DNA of 64,000 nucleotides from an uncultured virus (IMG/VR IMGVR_UViG_3300009507_000015) (taxonomy: Duplodnaviria; Heunggongvirae; Uroviricota; Caudoviricetes): the IMG/VR virus record IMGVR_UViG_3300009507_000015; one strand, 5' to 3'. Positions 37,971 to 47,404 of this stretch are shown piece by piece. Made by a program: the position numbers and the translations under genes. The notes below the pieces were generated by a model that saw only the letters and a list, made by a program, of their open reading frames with translations, ran no database searches and was not told the DNA's origin. Position 1 is the first letter of the stretch. Every line of letters starts with the position of its first letter.

Positions 37971-37997
37971 GTATATAATAATAAATAAACAAATCTA

Positions 37998-38363
37998 ATG
38001 GCAAGAAAAAGAAATTATTTAAATAATAGAGATCTCCTCGAACAGATTATTCAATCTAAAGAAGAAGGAGAATTAACACCTAAGGCTTTAGAATTCTTAA
38101 TGCTATTAGCTGATAAATGTTCAAGAAAATTAACATATAGAAATCCAGAAGATAGGCAAGATTGTATTGCTTATGCTTATATGGATCTTTATAGATATTG
38201 GAGAAATTTTAATCCAGAAAAAAGTACTAATGCATTTGCTTACTTTACTGAAATAGCAAAAAGAGGATTTGCAAAAGGTTGGAATAAATTACATCCAAAG
38301 AAATATCACGGTACTGTATCAATTAATGGTAGCGCTGATAGCGAAGGAATTTATACAATATAG
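37998..38363 (+). CDS. gp55: Late-transcription sigma factor (gp55-like)
   Basis: YLNNRDLL and NFNPEKSTNAFAYFT. Confidence 0.85.
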   Translation: MARKRNYLNNRDLLEQIIQSKEEGELTPKALEFLMLLADKCSRKLTYRNPEDRQDCIAYAYMDLYRYWRNFNPEKSTNAFAYFTEIAKRGFAKGWNKLHPKKYHGTVSINGSADSEGIYTI

Positions 38364-38373
38364 TTAATTGCCT

Positions 38374-38850
38374 ATGAGCATTAAAAAGGTAAAACCTACT
38401 TCAAAGTCTGGATTTAAACAAGGTTATTATAAACCTAAATACCCTCAGAAGTATCGAGGAGAAGGTCCAATTATATATAGAAGTAGTTGGGAAAGAAAAT
38501 TTTGTTATTGGTGTGATCATAATATGGATGTGATTTACTGGATATCAGAACCTTTCTCTATACCTTATTTTAATTTGTTAGACAATAAGTTTCATAAGTA
38601 TTATCCTGATTTTTTCTTTAAGATGAAAAAGGGAGATGAAACTCAGGAATATGTAGTAGAAATAAAACCTAAGGCACAATTACAAAAACCTAAGGAACCA
38701 AAAAGAAAAACGGCAAAGGCATTAAAGAATTTTAAATATGCTTACGAATCATATGTAAGAAATTTGTGTAAAACAAATGCACTTAATAAGATGGCAAAAG
38801 AAAGAAATTGTAAAGTAATGTTACTAACCGAAGATTCAAAGTTATTCTAA
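38374..38850 (+). CDS. gp4: Head completion nuclease (gp4, TnsA-like)
   Basis: YRSSWE, WISEP, YYPDF, VEIKP. Confidence 0.85.
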   Translation: MSIKKVKPTSKSGFKQGYYKPKYPQKYRGEGPIIYRSSWERKFCYWCDHNMDVIYWISEPFSIPYFNLLDNKFHKYYPDFFFKMKKGDETQEYVVEIKPKAQLQKPKEPKRKTAKALKNFKYAYESYVRNLCKTNALNKMAKERNCKVMLLTEDSKLF

Positions 38851-39428
38851 TGGCATTAGTAGGAGTATTCACAGAAGATTTAGATATTTACCTTACTGAT
38901 AGTAAAGGAAGGAATCGTGCATCTAAACAATCACAAATAGATATACCTCGTATAGGGGCTAAAAGTGATGGAGTTTTAAATCCTGGTCAAATGTATAGTT
39001 TTTATTATTATACTAAAGATGAAGCTTTTTATGACACCCACCCATTAGTATTAGGTTTAGGAGAATCCGAAAATGGACACCAATTAGGTATTAATTTACA
39101 TTATATGCCTTATGAAGCAAGAATACCTTTTCTAACTGAACTTACTGTATCATTACAATCCCAAATAGCTAATTTAACAAAAGGCCAAGCTTTAGGTAAT
39201 CCTGATGCGCAAAAACCAATAACAGCATTTAAATGGGAATTTGTAAAAGCAGCTTATGGTAAAAAATATAATTTAACTTACTGTACAAGACAGTATATAA
39301 TTAAGAAAATGAAAAATCCGTATGTACTAGGTTATGAAGATTGGTATGTAGGGGCTGTAAATAATGAAAGTGATTTTTATGGTGGTAACATAAACCAAGC
39401 ACAATCATTATACTACAAGAATATATAA
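38850..39428 (+). CDS. gp2: DNA end protector (gp2-like)
   Basis: PGQMYSFYY, YDTHPL, GINLHYMP..R. Confidence 0.75.
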   Translation: MALVGVFTEDLDIYLTDSKGRNRASKQSQIDIPRIGAKSDGVLNPGQMYSFYYYTKDEAFYDTHPLVLGLGESENGHQLGINLHYMPYEARIPFLTELTVSLQSQIANLTKGQALGNPDAQKPITAFKWEFVKAAYGKKYNLTYCTRQYIIKKMKNPYVLGYEDWYVGAVNNESDFYGGNINQAQSLYYKNI

Positions 39429-39447
39429 AATAATAAAAAATAAGAAT

Positions 39448-41094
39448 ATGGCAGGTTTTACAGATAGAAGAGGTCCTTTAAGTACAGGAAATCCAGTAAG
39501 AAGGCTTCTGAAAGATCTTTCTAATTTAGGAATGGCTTATGATGATATGATCATTCGCAATTCACGAGCAGTAGGTTTTACCGAAAATCAAATGGGTTAT
39601 TCATTTAATCCAATGGGTTCAGATGGTGATGATATGTATGGTGCGTTTGCTGCGCTATCATTAACTGATACAAACTTAAAAAAGAATATTGCATTCTTTG
39701 ATCAAGATTATGTTAGAAAAAGAGATCAACTTAGAACTTTTGCAGTACAAGATGAAATAGAAGATATCTTAGATGTATTAACTGATGAAGCAATTGTATT
39801 TGATGAATCAAATTACATGGCTTATGCAGAATTTAATGGGCATATTGGAGAATCAATAGAAGAAGAAATTAATGATGTATATAATAATATCTATAATTAC
39901 TTCGGATTTAATGATATGGTTGCTCCGTGGAACTATTTTAGGAAATGGTTAATTGACGGATTTCTTGCGTTTGAAATAGTTTATAATGATAAGCAAACAG
40001 AAATTATTGGTTTTAAAGAATTAGATCCAATATCATTAATGCCAGGTATTGATACTGATGACGGTAAAAAAGTTTGGATTCAATATAAAGGCGAAGGCGC
40101 AAAGGAAAGAACATTGTGGGATTCTCAAATAATATACATTTCATATTCTTCCGTGAATTCTCCAATGAGAATATCTTATGTTGAAAGATTAATAAGATCT
40201 TTTAACCTTTTAAGAATAATGGAACACAGTAGAATTATCTGGGCTGTATCTAATGCTTCATTTAAAACACAATTTACAATACCTGTTGGTGGTAAATCTA
40301 AAACAAGAGCAAAGCAATCTCTAGCAACATTAATGAATTCATATCGTGAGGTTGTAGACTTTAACTTTGAGAGTGGTGAAATTCAAACCAACGGTAAACC
40401 AATGATGCCATTCAACAAAGAATATTGGCTACCTTCTAAAGATGGTGAAGCACCAGAAATTCAAACGATAGGTGGTGACGGTCCTGATCTTGGTGATACT
40501 GAATCATTAAAATACTTCTCTGATAAATTACAATTAGCTTCTAAGATACCATTCTCTAGGTTTGATAGAGAAGGTGGTAATACTTATGATATGGAAGCAA
40601 GTGGTATGTTAAGAGATGAAATTAAATTTGGTAGATTTATATCAAGGTTAAGATCTATATTTCAAGAAATATTAGTTAAACCTGTATATCTTCAAATGTG
40701 TCTTAATCACCCAGAATTAAAAAATGATATTGCATTTAAAGCAGGTTTAGGATTAAACTTTATGAAGGATAATGTATTTGAAGAAATGAAAGAAATGGAA
40801 CTTCAGACTAAGCGTGTTGATTTTATAGGTAATATGAAAACACAATTAAGTACAATGACTGCTGATATGGAAGAAATACCATATTTTGATTTAGGATTCT
40901 TAATTAAGAGATATGGTGGATTTACACGTGATGATATTAAAGCCAATGCTCGAGCTAAGGAGCGTACTGAGTTAGAGGCAGACGGATATAAAGAAGAAGA
41001 TATTGAAAAGATCTTATTAGGTGCTAATCCTAAAGATTTTAAGCCTGAGAAGAAATCTGATGGTATGGATGAAGACCCATTAGCTGGAATCTAA
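39448..41094 (+). CDS. gp20: Portal protein
   Basis: FRKWLIDG, ELDP, EYWLP, ASKIPFSR, RDEIKF. Confidence 0.9.
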   Translation: MAGFTDRRGPLSTGNPVRRLLKDLSNLGMAYDDMIIRNSRAVGFTENQMGYSFNPMGSDGDDMYGAFAALSLTDTNLKKNIAFFDQDYVRKRDQLRTFAVQDEIEDILDVLTDEAIVFDESNYMAYAEFNGHIGESIEEEINDVYNNIYNYFGFNDMVAPWNYFRKWLIDGFLAFEIVYNDKQTEIIGFKELDPISLMPGIDTDDGKKVWIQYKGEGAKERTLWDSQIIYISYSSVNSPMRISYVERLIRSFNLLRIMEHSRIIWAVSNASFKTQFTIPVGGKSKTRAKQSLATLMNSYREVVDFNFESGEIQTNGKPMMPFNKEYWLPSKDGEAPEIQTIGGDGPDLGDTESLKYFSDKLQLASKIPFSRFDREGGNTYDMEASGMLRDEIKFGRFISRLRSIFQEILVKPVYLQMCLNHPELKNDIAFKAGLGLNFMKDNVFEEMKEMELQTKRVDFIGNMKTQLSTMTADMEEIPYFDLGFLIKRYGGFTRDDIKANARAKERTELEADGYKEEDIEKILLGANPKDFKPEKKSDGMDEDPLAGI

Positions 41095-41138
41095 AAACTA
41101 TCAAGAGTTATAATATATAAATCAAATAAACTAGAAAG

Positions 41139-42851
41139 ATGTCAAATAAGAAACTTTTAATTCTAGAAAGATCTAAGTCTAATTTAAGTATGACAAAGGA
41201 TGCCGATGGCTCTGTTGTCCTTGAAGGTGTATTTACTGAGATTGGAGTAAAGAATAAAAATAATAGAATTTATGAAGAAGCTGAAGTACTTCCTCATATC
41301 AATGAATTAAAGGAAAAAGTTAAAACTAACAAATTGTTAGGTGAACTTGACCACCCAAAAGATTTTGATATTAGCCTATCAAATGTATCTCATGTAATCG
41401 AAGATTTAGATTATGATAAAGATAAAAAACAGGTTCTAGGAAGAATAAGATTATTAAATACTTCAAAAGGTAAAGAAGCTCAAGCATTAATAGAAGATGG
41501 TATTCCATTACATATTTCAAGCAGAGCAGCTGGAACAGTTGATGAAGCCGGTAAAGTTAAAATTAAAAAATTCTTCACTTATGATTTAGTTGCAGATCCT
41601 GGATTTGAAAATGCTGAATTATCAAAAGTAAATGAATCTTATGGTTTTGGAGATACTGAAGGTTTATACATTTATGAAATGTCAGAAACTGAAGATGAAA
41701 TAAATAAAACAAATAAAACAGATCTAACAATGGAAAATACATCAGACAAATTTGTAACTGTTGACGATTTTAATAAGTACACTGAATATGTAAAGAATAC
41801 ATTAGACAGTGTTAAGGAATCTGCAAATTCTAATAACGATGAGTTAATTGAAAAGCTAGTTAAATATACTGAGCATATTGCAGAGAAAGTAAATCAGGTT
41901 ACTGATTATACTGAATACTTATCCGAAAATCTTGACAAGAGCATATCTCACTCTGACTACTTAGCAGAGAACATCGACAAAATTAAAAATTATGCTTCTT
42001 ACTTAGGAGAAGAACTAGACAGTTCTATTCAATATACTGAGCATGTTGCTGAACAAGCAGATAAAGGAATTGCATATTCTAATTATTTAGGTGAAAGCTT
42101 AGATAAAGGAATTAAGTATTCTGAATATGTTGCTGAAAAGGTTGATCAAAATATTGCTTATTCTGAATACCTTGGAGAAAATGTAGATAAGAGTATTAAA
42201 TATTCTGAATACATTGCAGAAAATGTAGCAGCTGTAGCTACTGAATCAATTAATGAAGAATCATCTGATCCAGTAATTGAAGAAGCTATTAATGAATCAG
42301 TTGAAATTAAAGAAGAAAAGAAATCTTATAAAGATACTATTAGTGAAAAATTAGAAAGTTTAATTTCTAAGGCTGAAGCTAAAAATGTTTCTGAAATGCA
42401 CTTTATGAATTTCTTATCAGAATCTAAAAAGAATGAATTTGATTCTTTATCTGAAGATAAGCAAGGATTAATAGTTGAATCAATGAATAAAGATTCTATT
42501 ATGTCAACTGTACAAGCTGAAAATGTTTGGGAATCATGTTTTATAGTAGAAAGAAAGGCAATTAACTTTATTGATGATATGCCATCAAAGTATTCTGATA
42601 AATGGAATTCTCTTTCCGAAAATAGAAAAGAACAAATTATTGCTGAATCTAAATTCCACTCTTTAAGTACTCCTTATGCTATTAATAACTTTTGGCAAAC
42701 AAGAGATCTTAGAGATACTCAAATGAATTTAGAAACACTAAACGAAAGTAAAACTGCTGCTGAAGCTGCTCAAACAAAATCTGAGCCATTATTAAATGAA
42801 AGCTATTCAGCAGATTTAATCGAAAAAATGAAATTCAGATTAAATAGATAA
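41139..42851 (+). CDS. gp21: Prohead protease fused to a scaffold/core-like region
   Basis: NKNNRIY, GELDHP, SSRAAG, DLVADPG; C-terminal 14-aa repeats Y[ST]E[YH][LVI]AE. Confidence 0.85.
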   Translation: MSNKKLLILERSKSNLSMTKDADGSVVLEGVFTEIGVKNKNNRIYEEAEVLPHINELKEKVKTNKLLGELDHPKDFDISLSNVSHVIEDLDYDKDKKQVLGRIRLLNTSKGKEAQALIEDGIPLHISSRAAGTVDEAGKVKIKKFFTYDLVADPGFENAELSKVNESYGFGDTEGLYIYEMSETEDEINKTNKTDLTMENTSDKFVTVDDFNKYTEYVKNTLDSVKESANSNNDELIEKLVKYTEHIAEKVNQVTDYTEYLSENLDKSISHSDYLAENIDKIKNYASYLGEELDSSIQYTEHVAEQADKGIAYSNYLGESLDKGIKYSEYVAEKVDQNIAYSEYLGENVDKSIKYSEYIAENVAAVATESINEESSDPVIEEAINESVEIKEEKKSYKDTISEKLESLISKAEAKNVSEMHFMNFLSESKKNEFDSLSEDKQGLIVESMNKDSIMSTVQAENVWESCFIVERKAINFIDDMPSKYSDKWNSLSENRKEQIIAESKFHSLSTPYAINNFWQTRDLRDTQMNLETLNESKTAAEAAQTKSEPLLNESYSADLIEKMKFRLNR

Positions 42852-42959
42852 TCATTTAATCTAAACAATATAATCGAATAGTCAAGAAGAAAAGGACTCA
42901 GGCGATTAGAAACGGAATATTAATAGTATTCCACAAAATGCGAAAAATAATTTTTTAAA

Positions 42960-44771
42960 ATGTACGCAAATCAATTAATTAACGAGGCTGAGGTTCAAAA
43001 GACTTGGGGACCTGTTATTGAGGAAAGTACTGGTATAACTGAAAAGTCTAAATTGGCTTGGATGTCTAAATATTGCCACTACCACAACCTTAATGAGAGT
43101 GTTTACAATACTGTACACCTTAACCCGAACATGAATGTTCAAAGTATGGGGAACGTAACATTGCCAGGAAACCCTGGATCAATGAATGCTTTCCCAGCAC
43201 AAGCTGCTGGATCTGGTGACAGACCTTTTTCTTTGCTACCACTTGCAATGCAAGTAGCTGCTCAGACTGTAGGTTTAGACTTAGTACCTGTAGTACCAAT
43301 GCAAGGCCCAATGGGAGTTTTAACTTACCTAGACTTTGTATACGGTGGAGGTAGAGGATCAGGAGCTCCTATTAACGGCGCCCTAGATACTGTAGCTTCT
43401 CCATTAATGATCAAAGTAGGATGTACTCCTGGCGCTGGTTTTGCTTTTACAGTAAACGATCTAATTTATGTAGATACTGCTGCTAATATTGCAACTGGTA
43501 CTTCTGGTGGATCTTACGAATTAACTTTCGTTGGAACTTCAAGAATTGACGGTTTAAATATCTTCAGAGTAAGAGCTAACACAACTGTACTTGATGCAAA
43601 TGGTGTAAACAGTGGATTTAACTTCGCACAAGGTGCTGAGACTGCTGCTGCAACTATTTATAATTCAATTGTAGCTGGTGGTAACTATCACGGTTTAGTT
43701 GCTGGTACTGCACTTGGTGTTGTATTAGCTGCTGGTAACGTTGCTGGTACTTTCACTAACCCTACTAGCTTAGGATTAGTTAAAGCATTAGAGGATCATA
43801 TTTCTGGTTTCTCTGGTAACGCTTTCCAACCATCTAATGACCCTGCAACTGGTGGACCTGCTTTTGCAACTGAGAATATTAACGGTTTAGATCCTTACCA
43901 AAGAGGTGTAGGTGAATCAACTGTTGATAACATCATGGGACTTAGCTTATTCAACAAGTCTATAGCTGCTGAAACTTTCCAAGTTGCTGCTGCTGTAACT
44001 AGAGAGCAAGTACAAGACCTTAAGCAATTCGGTATCGATGCAGTAGCTCAAGTAGAAGCTGTATTAGTAAACGAATTGACTCAGTCAATCAACAAGTACA
44101 TCTTGGACAGAATCTTTAGAAACGGTGTAACTAACAACGCACAAGTTGCGGCTGTAAACGGTACACAGTTATCTCAACAATTTGACCAAGCAGGTGCTGT
44201 TGCTACTGCAATTGCATTAGGACCTAACAACACTACAAACGTTAACCAAAATGCTGCAGGACTTCCTGCAAACCAGACTAACGTTCTTGGTGGTGGTAAT
44301 GTACAAGGTACTTTACAGAGAAGAATCTATACTAAGATTCTTGCTGCAAGTAACTTAATTGCTACAAGAGGTAGAAGAGGACCAGCTACTTTCGCTGTAA
44401 CAGGTGGAGAAATGGCTACTGCTCTTCAATCAGTTGCTGGATTCGTTGCATATCCGTTATCAAATACAGTTAATCAAGCTGGTGGATCTTTATATCCAAT
44501 CGGTGCGATCGCTGGGGTAACTATTTATGTTGATCCAAACAGAGCCTTCAATGACTATACAATTGCTGTTGGTCGTAAAGGTGATGGTAACTCACCTGGT
44601 TTAGTATTCATGCCTTACTTAATGGCTGAATCAGTAGAAACAATCGCAGAAGGAACTATGGCTCCTAAAATCGCGGTTAAATCTAGATTCGCTTTAGTAG
44701 ACGCTGGATTCAATCCTGAATTAATGTATTACACAATGAACTTTACGTTCACTGGTTGTTCTATTATCTAA
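42960..44771 (+). CDS. gp23: Major capsid protein
   Basis: VVPMQGP, EQVQDLK..GID, INKYI, FMPY, PKIAVKSRF; codon usage biased as for a highly expressed gene. Confidence 0.93.
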   Translation: MYANQLINEAEVQKTWGPVIEESTGITEKSKLAWMSKYCHYHNLNESVYNTVHLNPNMNVQSMGNVTLPGNPGSMNAFPAQAAGSGDRPFSLLPLAMQVAAQTVGLDLVPVVPMQGPMGVLTYLDFVYGGGRGSGAPINGALDTVASPLMIKVGCTPGAGFAFTVNDLIYVDTAANIATGTSGGSYELTFVGTSRIDGLNIFRVRANTTVLDANGVNSGFNFAQGAETAAATIYNSIVAGGNYHGLVAGTALGVVLAAGNVAGTFTNPTSLGLVKALEDHISGFSGNAFQPSNDPATGGPAFATENINGLDPYQRGVGESTVDNIMGLSLFNKSIAAETFQVAAAVTREQVQDLKQFGIDAVAQVEAVLVNELTQSINKYILDRIFRNGVTNNAQVAAVNGTQLSQQFDQAGAVATAIALGPNNTTNVNQNAAGLPANQTNVLGGGNVQGTLQRRIYTKILAASNLIATRGRRGPATFAVTGGEMATALQSVAGFVAYPLSNTVNQAGGSLYPIGAIAGVTIYVDPNRAFNDYTIAVGRKGDGNSPGLVFMPYLMAESVETIAEGTMAPKIAVKSRFALVDAGFNPELMYYTMNFTFTGCSII

Positions 44772-44795
44772 TAATAGTTTAATACTTTATATTAG

Positions 44796-44823
44796 AAAGC
44801 CACTCTTCGGAGTGGCTTTTTTG
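44796..44823 (+). terminator. Strong intrinsic terminator with C(UUCG)G loop
   Basis: aaagccactc-ttcg-gagtggcttt followed by a T-run. Confidence 0.92.
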
Positions 44824-44863
44824 TTCTTACATCTCTAATATATAAAAAAAATCAAATAATATA

Positions 44864-45961
44864 ATGGCAAAGTTAAAAACATATAATGAATTTGTTAATG
44901 AAGCTATAGCGGATGTAATTAAAACTCCAGTTAAGTACGTTAAGATTAAAAACAATTTAAAGAAGTTTCAAAAAGCTAAAGTAGCACAAGCACTTAATGA
45001 TGTAGACTTTGCTAAAAGAAAAGCTAAAGGTGCAGGTGATTTATCTGCAAAACAAAAAGAAGTATTAGTTCAAGCTAACAAAGCTAAGAATGCAGCTCTT
45101 GCTGATACTACAGCTGCTGTATCTCAAAGAATGAAAGATTTAGCTACAACTCCAATATTAAAAAAGGTTGTAACAATAGGTACTACAAAATCTAGAATGG
45201 CTGCTAATAAAATTGCATTAAAGTCTGCTACTGGTGAAGAAGCTAAACAATTAAAAATAAAAGCTACTGAATTATCTAAAAAAGCTAGCAAAGCAACAGG
45301 TGAATTAAAAGATTATGAATCTACTGCTGCTAAGAAAGCTGAGAAACCAGCTGTACAGGAAATGCCAGAAGATAAAGCAAAAGAACAAATATCCGCATTA
45401 AGAGATCAAAGAAAACCTCTGATTGATTCAGCATCGTCTGAAAAGGATCCAGCAAAGAACGCTGCTATACGAGTTAAGATAGAAGAAATTAACGTTAAAA
45501 TAGCTGATCTTGAAGGTGAAGGCCAGGCAGAAGCAAAAGAGGATCTTGCTGCTGCTAAAGAAAAATTAACTAAAGCAACTGGGGGTGGTAAAAAACTATC
45601 AGCTGCTGAAGAAAAGAAAGCCGAACAAAAACAAAAGCTAGGTGATCAAATCGGCAAAGCAATGCAAGCTATCGAAAAAGCTAAAGCTGAAGGTAAATCT
45701 GAAGAAGCTGAAAAGGCAAAGGCAGTAGAAAAATTAAATTCTGTTAAAGGTACTGAAGAAGAAGGTGCTGCATCTAAAGCAGTAGCTGCATTTGCAACTG
45801 CTAAAAAATCTAGGGAAGATGCTATTAAAAAATTACAAGACAATATAAAAGATTTACAGAAACAACAAAAAGAATTAAATGAATCAGTAGAACCAGAATC
45901 TTTTGAATATGTAGCAGAATCTGTATCCGAGAAATTTGCAAGATTAAGACCAAACCTGTAA
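44864..45961 (+). CDS. Lys/Ala/Glu-rich coiled-coil protein, probable internal head protein
   Basis: N-terminal KLKTYNEFVNE; LNES near the C-terminus; late-type promoter. Confidence 0.7.
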   Translation: MAKLKTYNEFVNEAIADVIKTPVKYVKIKNNLKKFQKAKVAQALNDVDFAKRKAKGAGDLSAKQKEVLVQANKAKNAALADTTAAVSQRMKDLATTPILKKVVTIGTTKSRMAANKIALKSATGEEAKQLKIKATELSKKASKATGELKDYESTAAKKAEKPAVQEMPEDKAKEQISALRDQRKPLIDSASSEKDPAKNAAIRVKIEEINVKIADLEGEGQAEAKEDLAAAKEKLTKATGGGKKLSAAEEKKAEQKQKLGDQIGKAMQAIEKAKAEGKSEEAEKAKAVEKLNSVKGTEEEGAASKAVAAFATAKKSREDAIKKLQDNIKDLQKQQKELNESVEPESFEYVAESVSEKFARLRPNL

Positions 45962-45975
45962 AAATAATTATTAAT

Positions 45976-46041
45976 ATGAAATGTGATTGTAAAGTATGTA
46001 ACTGTGGTTCATCATGTGATTGTACGTGTTGCAACTGTTAA
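45976..46041 (+). CDS. 21-aa metallothionein-like peptide MKCDCKVCNCGSSCDCTCCNC (not in ORF track)
   Basis: 9 Cys in CxC/CC arrangement; A-rich leader; fills the intergenic gap. Confidence 0.7.
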   Translation: MKCDCKVCNCGSSCDCTCCNC

Positions 46042-46052
46042 ATTAAAACCTT

Positions 46053-46544
46053 ATGTATAAAGTTCGTAAAATAAACTTTGGATGGTATAAAAGGCGGTAT
46101 GGTATTCTTCTAGAAAACCTGCCGCCTTTGAAGCAAAAATTGCTTTTAAATAACCGTCATATGAAATGGCTTAATTCTGATACTCAAGCTTTTGAGGTTA
46201 TATTTAAAGTAGAGGATATGAATGGCCATGAAAAGAATGTTAATAAAGCTATTTGGAATCCTTTTAGAGAAACCTTCACTACTCTTAAAGAATTAGAAAA
46301 AGATGCAGATCTTATTGACTGGAATTGTGGAATATGTAAAGTTCCTATTAAATCTAGAATGGATTCTAAAAAGGTAGAGAATTTTGTTTGTAGTAAATGT
46401 TCTAAAGCCCATAACTCACGGAACAGAAGTGTAGATGGTAGAATTATAGATACATCAATCAAATTTACTAAACACTGTAAACACCTCCTTAAAAAAGAAC
46501 AAAGAGAGTTTATGACTTATGCTAAGAGATCATCTAAAGCTTAA
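46053..46544 (+). CDS. Hypothetical protein with CxxC...CxxC zinc ribbon
   Basis: CGIC and CSKC. Confidence 0.65.
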   Translation: MYKVRKINFGWYKRRYGILLENLPPLKQKLLLNNRHMKWLNSDTQAFEVIFKVEDMNGHEKNVNKAIWNPFRETFTTLKELEKDADLIDWNCGICKVPIKSRMDSKKVENFVCSKCSKAHNSRNRSVDGRIIDTSIKFTKHCKHLLKKEQREFMTYAKRSSKA

Positions 46545-47330
46545 TGCATGTTCTATTGTAATCTTAGGAAATACATTTAATCTACTATAGGATGTCGCGT
46601 TAAACACATGCACACCTTTAGCTCTTATTTCTGAATTAAGTTGGTCAAAGCCTGGCAAAAACTTTTCTTTATAAATATGATCACCTGCACCCTTTGTAGG
46701 ATAACCATCATGAAAGTGAGTAATTTTTCCATCGTTAGCCATATCAAAACCTAATAAGATAATTCGTGATGCACCTAAATGATATGCAAGATTTATAGCA
46801 GCATAACCACTATTAAAACCATGAGATAATGATTGAGGATCTTCTTCTAGGCCATAAGGTTTTCCTTTCTTTAATACTTGAATATCATGAGTATATTGAG
46901 ATCCTGGTTTTAATGCAAACTTTAAACCTTTGTAACTATCCACTTCATTTTTAAACCATGTATAAAATCTACCATCAGTCCAATAAAGAACATCTGCTGT
47001 ATTATGATAAATGATAGCTTTATTAATTGCAATTGTTCTGCAACCTTGTAATTGTTGAAAATTAAAGTTTTTTAATGAAGGACCTCCTCCAATGATATAA
47101 ATAGTTTCACCTGTAAATAATTTAGGAACAGTTGAGTATTTAACAACAAGATCATTCACACCTAAAGCAGAATTTCTTAATTGCATATTTTTAGAAACAT
47201 TTGCAGCTATAGCCTGATTATTTGTAGTTCTTACTGGAGCATTATTTTCATTTCTTCGCTGTATGTTAGTTCTATGTATAATTGCCTGTGGTTCTTGAAA
47301 AATCTTCCTAACAGTACGTCGCCTTTGCAT
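46530..47330 (-). CDS. Maf/DUF115-like (sialyltransferase-related fold) protein
   Basis: IIGGGPSL, IAINKA, NSGYAAINLAYHLGA..IILLGFD. Confidence 0.7.
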   Translation of the reverse strand: MQRRRTVRKIFQEPQAIIHRTNIQRRNENNAPVRTTNNQAIAANVSKNMQLRNSALGVNDLVVKYSTVPKLFTGETIYIIGGGPSLKNFNFQQLQGCRTIAINKAIIYHNTADVLYWTDGRFYTWFKNEVDSYKGLKFALKPGSQYTHDIQVLKKGKPYGLEEDPQSLSHGFNSGYAAINLAYHLGASRIILLGFDMANDGKITHFHDGYPTKGAGDHIYKEKFLPGFDQLNSEIRAKGVHVFNATSYSRLNVFPKITIEHALSFR

Positions 47331-47404
47331 TATCTTATTCTCTTTTAATATTTATTCATAATGTAAACAATCTTATTTTTTTACATATAAAAATAAACAA
47401 ATTC

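Noticed and set aside
45825..46034. Minus-strand 69-aa ORF over the Cys-rich peptide
   Set aside because: It opposes the local gene direction and overlaps a real gene; the + strand micro-ORF fits the gap better
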